The notes under the pieces were generated by a model. The model saw only the letters and a program-made list of their open reading frames with translations, searched no databases and was not told where the DNA came from. From an uncultured Gemmataceae bacterium (lineage in GTDB: Bacteria > Planctomycetota > Planctomycetia > Gemmatales > Gemmataceae): 64,000 nt of DNA. A program made the position numbers and the translations under genes. Every line of letters begins with the position of its first letter. Within the stretch, counting starts at the first letter, position 1. The stretch covers positions 896,001 through 960,000 of the forward strand of contig CAVVPN010000011.1 of the NCBI GenBank assembly GCA_963750165.1, given 5' to 3'. Positions 62,838 through 64,000 of this stretch are shown piece after piece.

Positions 62838-64000
62838 TCACCCCGATACCGGCCAGAGGTAGACCAGGCCCACCGGCTCGACGCGGCGGGCCAGGATGCG
62901 GTACAGGCCGCGGATGCGTTCCGGTTCCTGCACCAGTTCCGTGTCGATGGCCGCCAGGCGCTGGTCCCAGTGGCGGCGGTTGGCCTCCAGCTGCCGCGTC
63001 TCGTCCGGGTCGAAGTCCAGCCAGCCTTGCGGGTCATTGTGCTCCCGGGCCGTGGCGGCGATGCGCTTCCGCTGGTTCTCCAGGATTTCGCGCATGGCCT
63101 TCGCCTCCTGGTCGCCGCGTTCGGCGAGCTTCACCTCCGCCTCCTCCCCCAGGCGTCGGCCGCGTTCCTCCAGGGCGGGCAGCAGTTCGCGGATGTCCTG
63201 CGGCCCCGCCTCCTGCAGCTGCTTGATGATGCCCGCGCCGACGGTCGGCGCCGCCCCCGGCAACAGCGCCGCTTCCAGCAGGTCGATTGTTTTTGCCTCG
63301 GCCTCACGGGCGTAAGGCGTCAACGGCTTGCCCTTGCGCTGCGATGGCTCCGCCCACCGCGCCGTGACGTGGATCAGCACCTCGTGCAGCCGGGCCGCCC
63401 CGGGGCCGTACAGGCACAGCCGGCCGAGCAGGACGACGCGCCGCAGCGGGTCCGCGGTCTGCGTCAGGCAGGCCCGCGAGAGGTCGTGAAAGACGAACCC
63501 CTGGGCGGTGAAGCGGCCGAGCAGGCGCTGCACGACGCGGTGTTCCAGGTGCAAGTGTACGGAGTCCTGGCCCATGTCGCCCGGGTCGTCAAAGACGATG
63601 GGCCGGATGGGCGCCTGCCGCCGCCACTCCCAGAGCGACTGGTCGCGGCGCCGCGGCGCCCGCAGCGTGTCCAGCGTGTCCGTCCAGCTCGAATCGGCGC
63701 CGGCGCGGCCCTCCAGAGCTGGGAACTGCCAGCGCGCCGTGGGCGATGGTTCGGCGGGCGCGTTCGCCAGCGTCTGAAGCGGGTCGGCCCCCATCAGCCC
63801 CAGGGCACAGGAGATGGCGGCGCGGAAATGGTTCTCCTCCAGGCCCACCCAGTCCTTCGAGTCCTTCAAGCGCGTCCGCAGCAGTTCCACCTGGGCCCGT
63901 AAATCCTCCACCCGTTCCCGGGCCTCTTCCAGTTCTTCCTGCACGGTGCCCTTGAACCGGGCGTCCAGGTCGGCCCGGTCGATGATGCCGGCGAGCCGGT
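62838..64000 (-). CDS. drmD: DISARM SNF2-like helicase DrmD, C-terminal part (runs off the right edge)
   Basis: HLHLEHRVVQRLLGRF, LLGRLCLYGPGAARLHE, EPERIRGLY..RVEPVGLVYLWP; upstream of drmMI. Confidence 0.85.
   Translation of the reverse strand, partial: RLAGIIDRADLDARFKGTVQEELEEARERVEDLRAQVELLRTRLKDSKDWVGLEENHFRAAISCALGLMGADPLQTLANAPAEPSPTARWQFPALEGRAGADSSWTDTLDTLRAPRRRDQSLWEWRRQAPIRPIVFDDPGDMGQDSVHLHLEHRVVQRLLGRFTAQGFVFHDLSRACLTQTADPLRRVVLLGRLCLYGPGAARLHEVLIHVTARWAEPSQRKGKPLTPYAREAEAKTIDLLEAALLPGAAPTVGAGIIKQLQEAGPQDIRELLPALEERGRRLGEEAEVKLAERGDQEAKAMREILENQRKRIAATAREHNDPQGWLDFDPDETRQLEANRRHWDQRLAAIDTELVQEPERIRGLYRILARRVEPVGLVYLWPVSG

Overview
High-GC window whose gene repertoire (DUF1501, LERLEER-type extracellular signal proteins, ECF/Ser-Thr kinase pairs, DUF1580) points to a Planctomycetota genome, probably Gemmataceae-like. 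Almost the whole window is accessory DNA. Left to right: (1) a redox cluster with a membrane protein, a RoxA/MauG-like di-haem cytochrome c, a 46-aa peptide duplicating that cytochrome's N-terminal anchor, an OYE-family flavin oxidoreductase and a patatin-associated DUF3376 remnant; (2) two orphan Rhs core+C-terminal-tip modules, followed by an LRR gene and a WD40 gene with apparent signal peptides, plus two conserved structured intergenic repeats; (3) an IS pile-up (ISAzo13, a 72-bp MITE, IS66, IS701-like); (4) a ~7 kb phage-satellite-like element (integrase, c4-like RNA candidate, multi-HTH regulator, DUF1580, PrimPol, PLD-like, terS-like) next to a tRNA-Gly 3' fragment; (5) cargo modules (PQQ propeller, two ECF + kinase-WD40 pairs, a mosaic tandem array of four DUF4214 surface proteins) bracketed by a dispersed repeat and a nested palindrome; (6) ISL3; (7) a class I DISARM locus (drmD partial, drmMI, drmA, drmB, drmC) with a ParE-type TA pair inside it. 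About a dozen genes carry 1-2 bp frameshifts, several in homopolymer or CG runs, probably assembly errors. Family assignments come from motif recognition by eye, not database searches.
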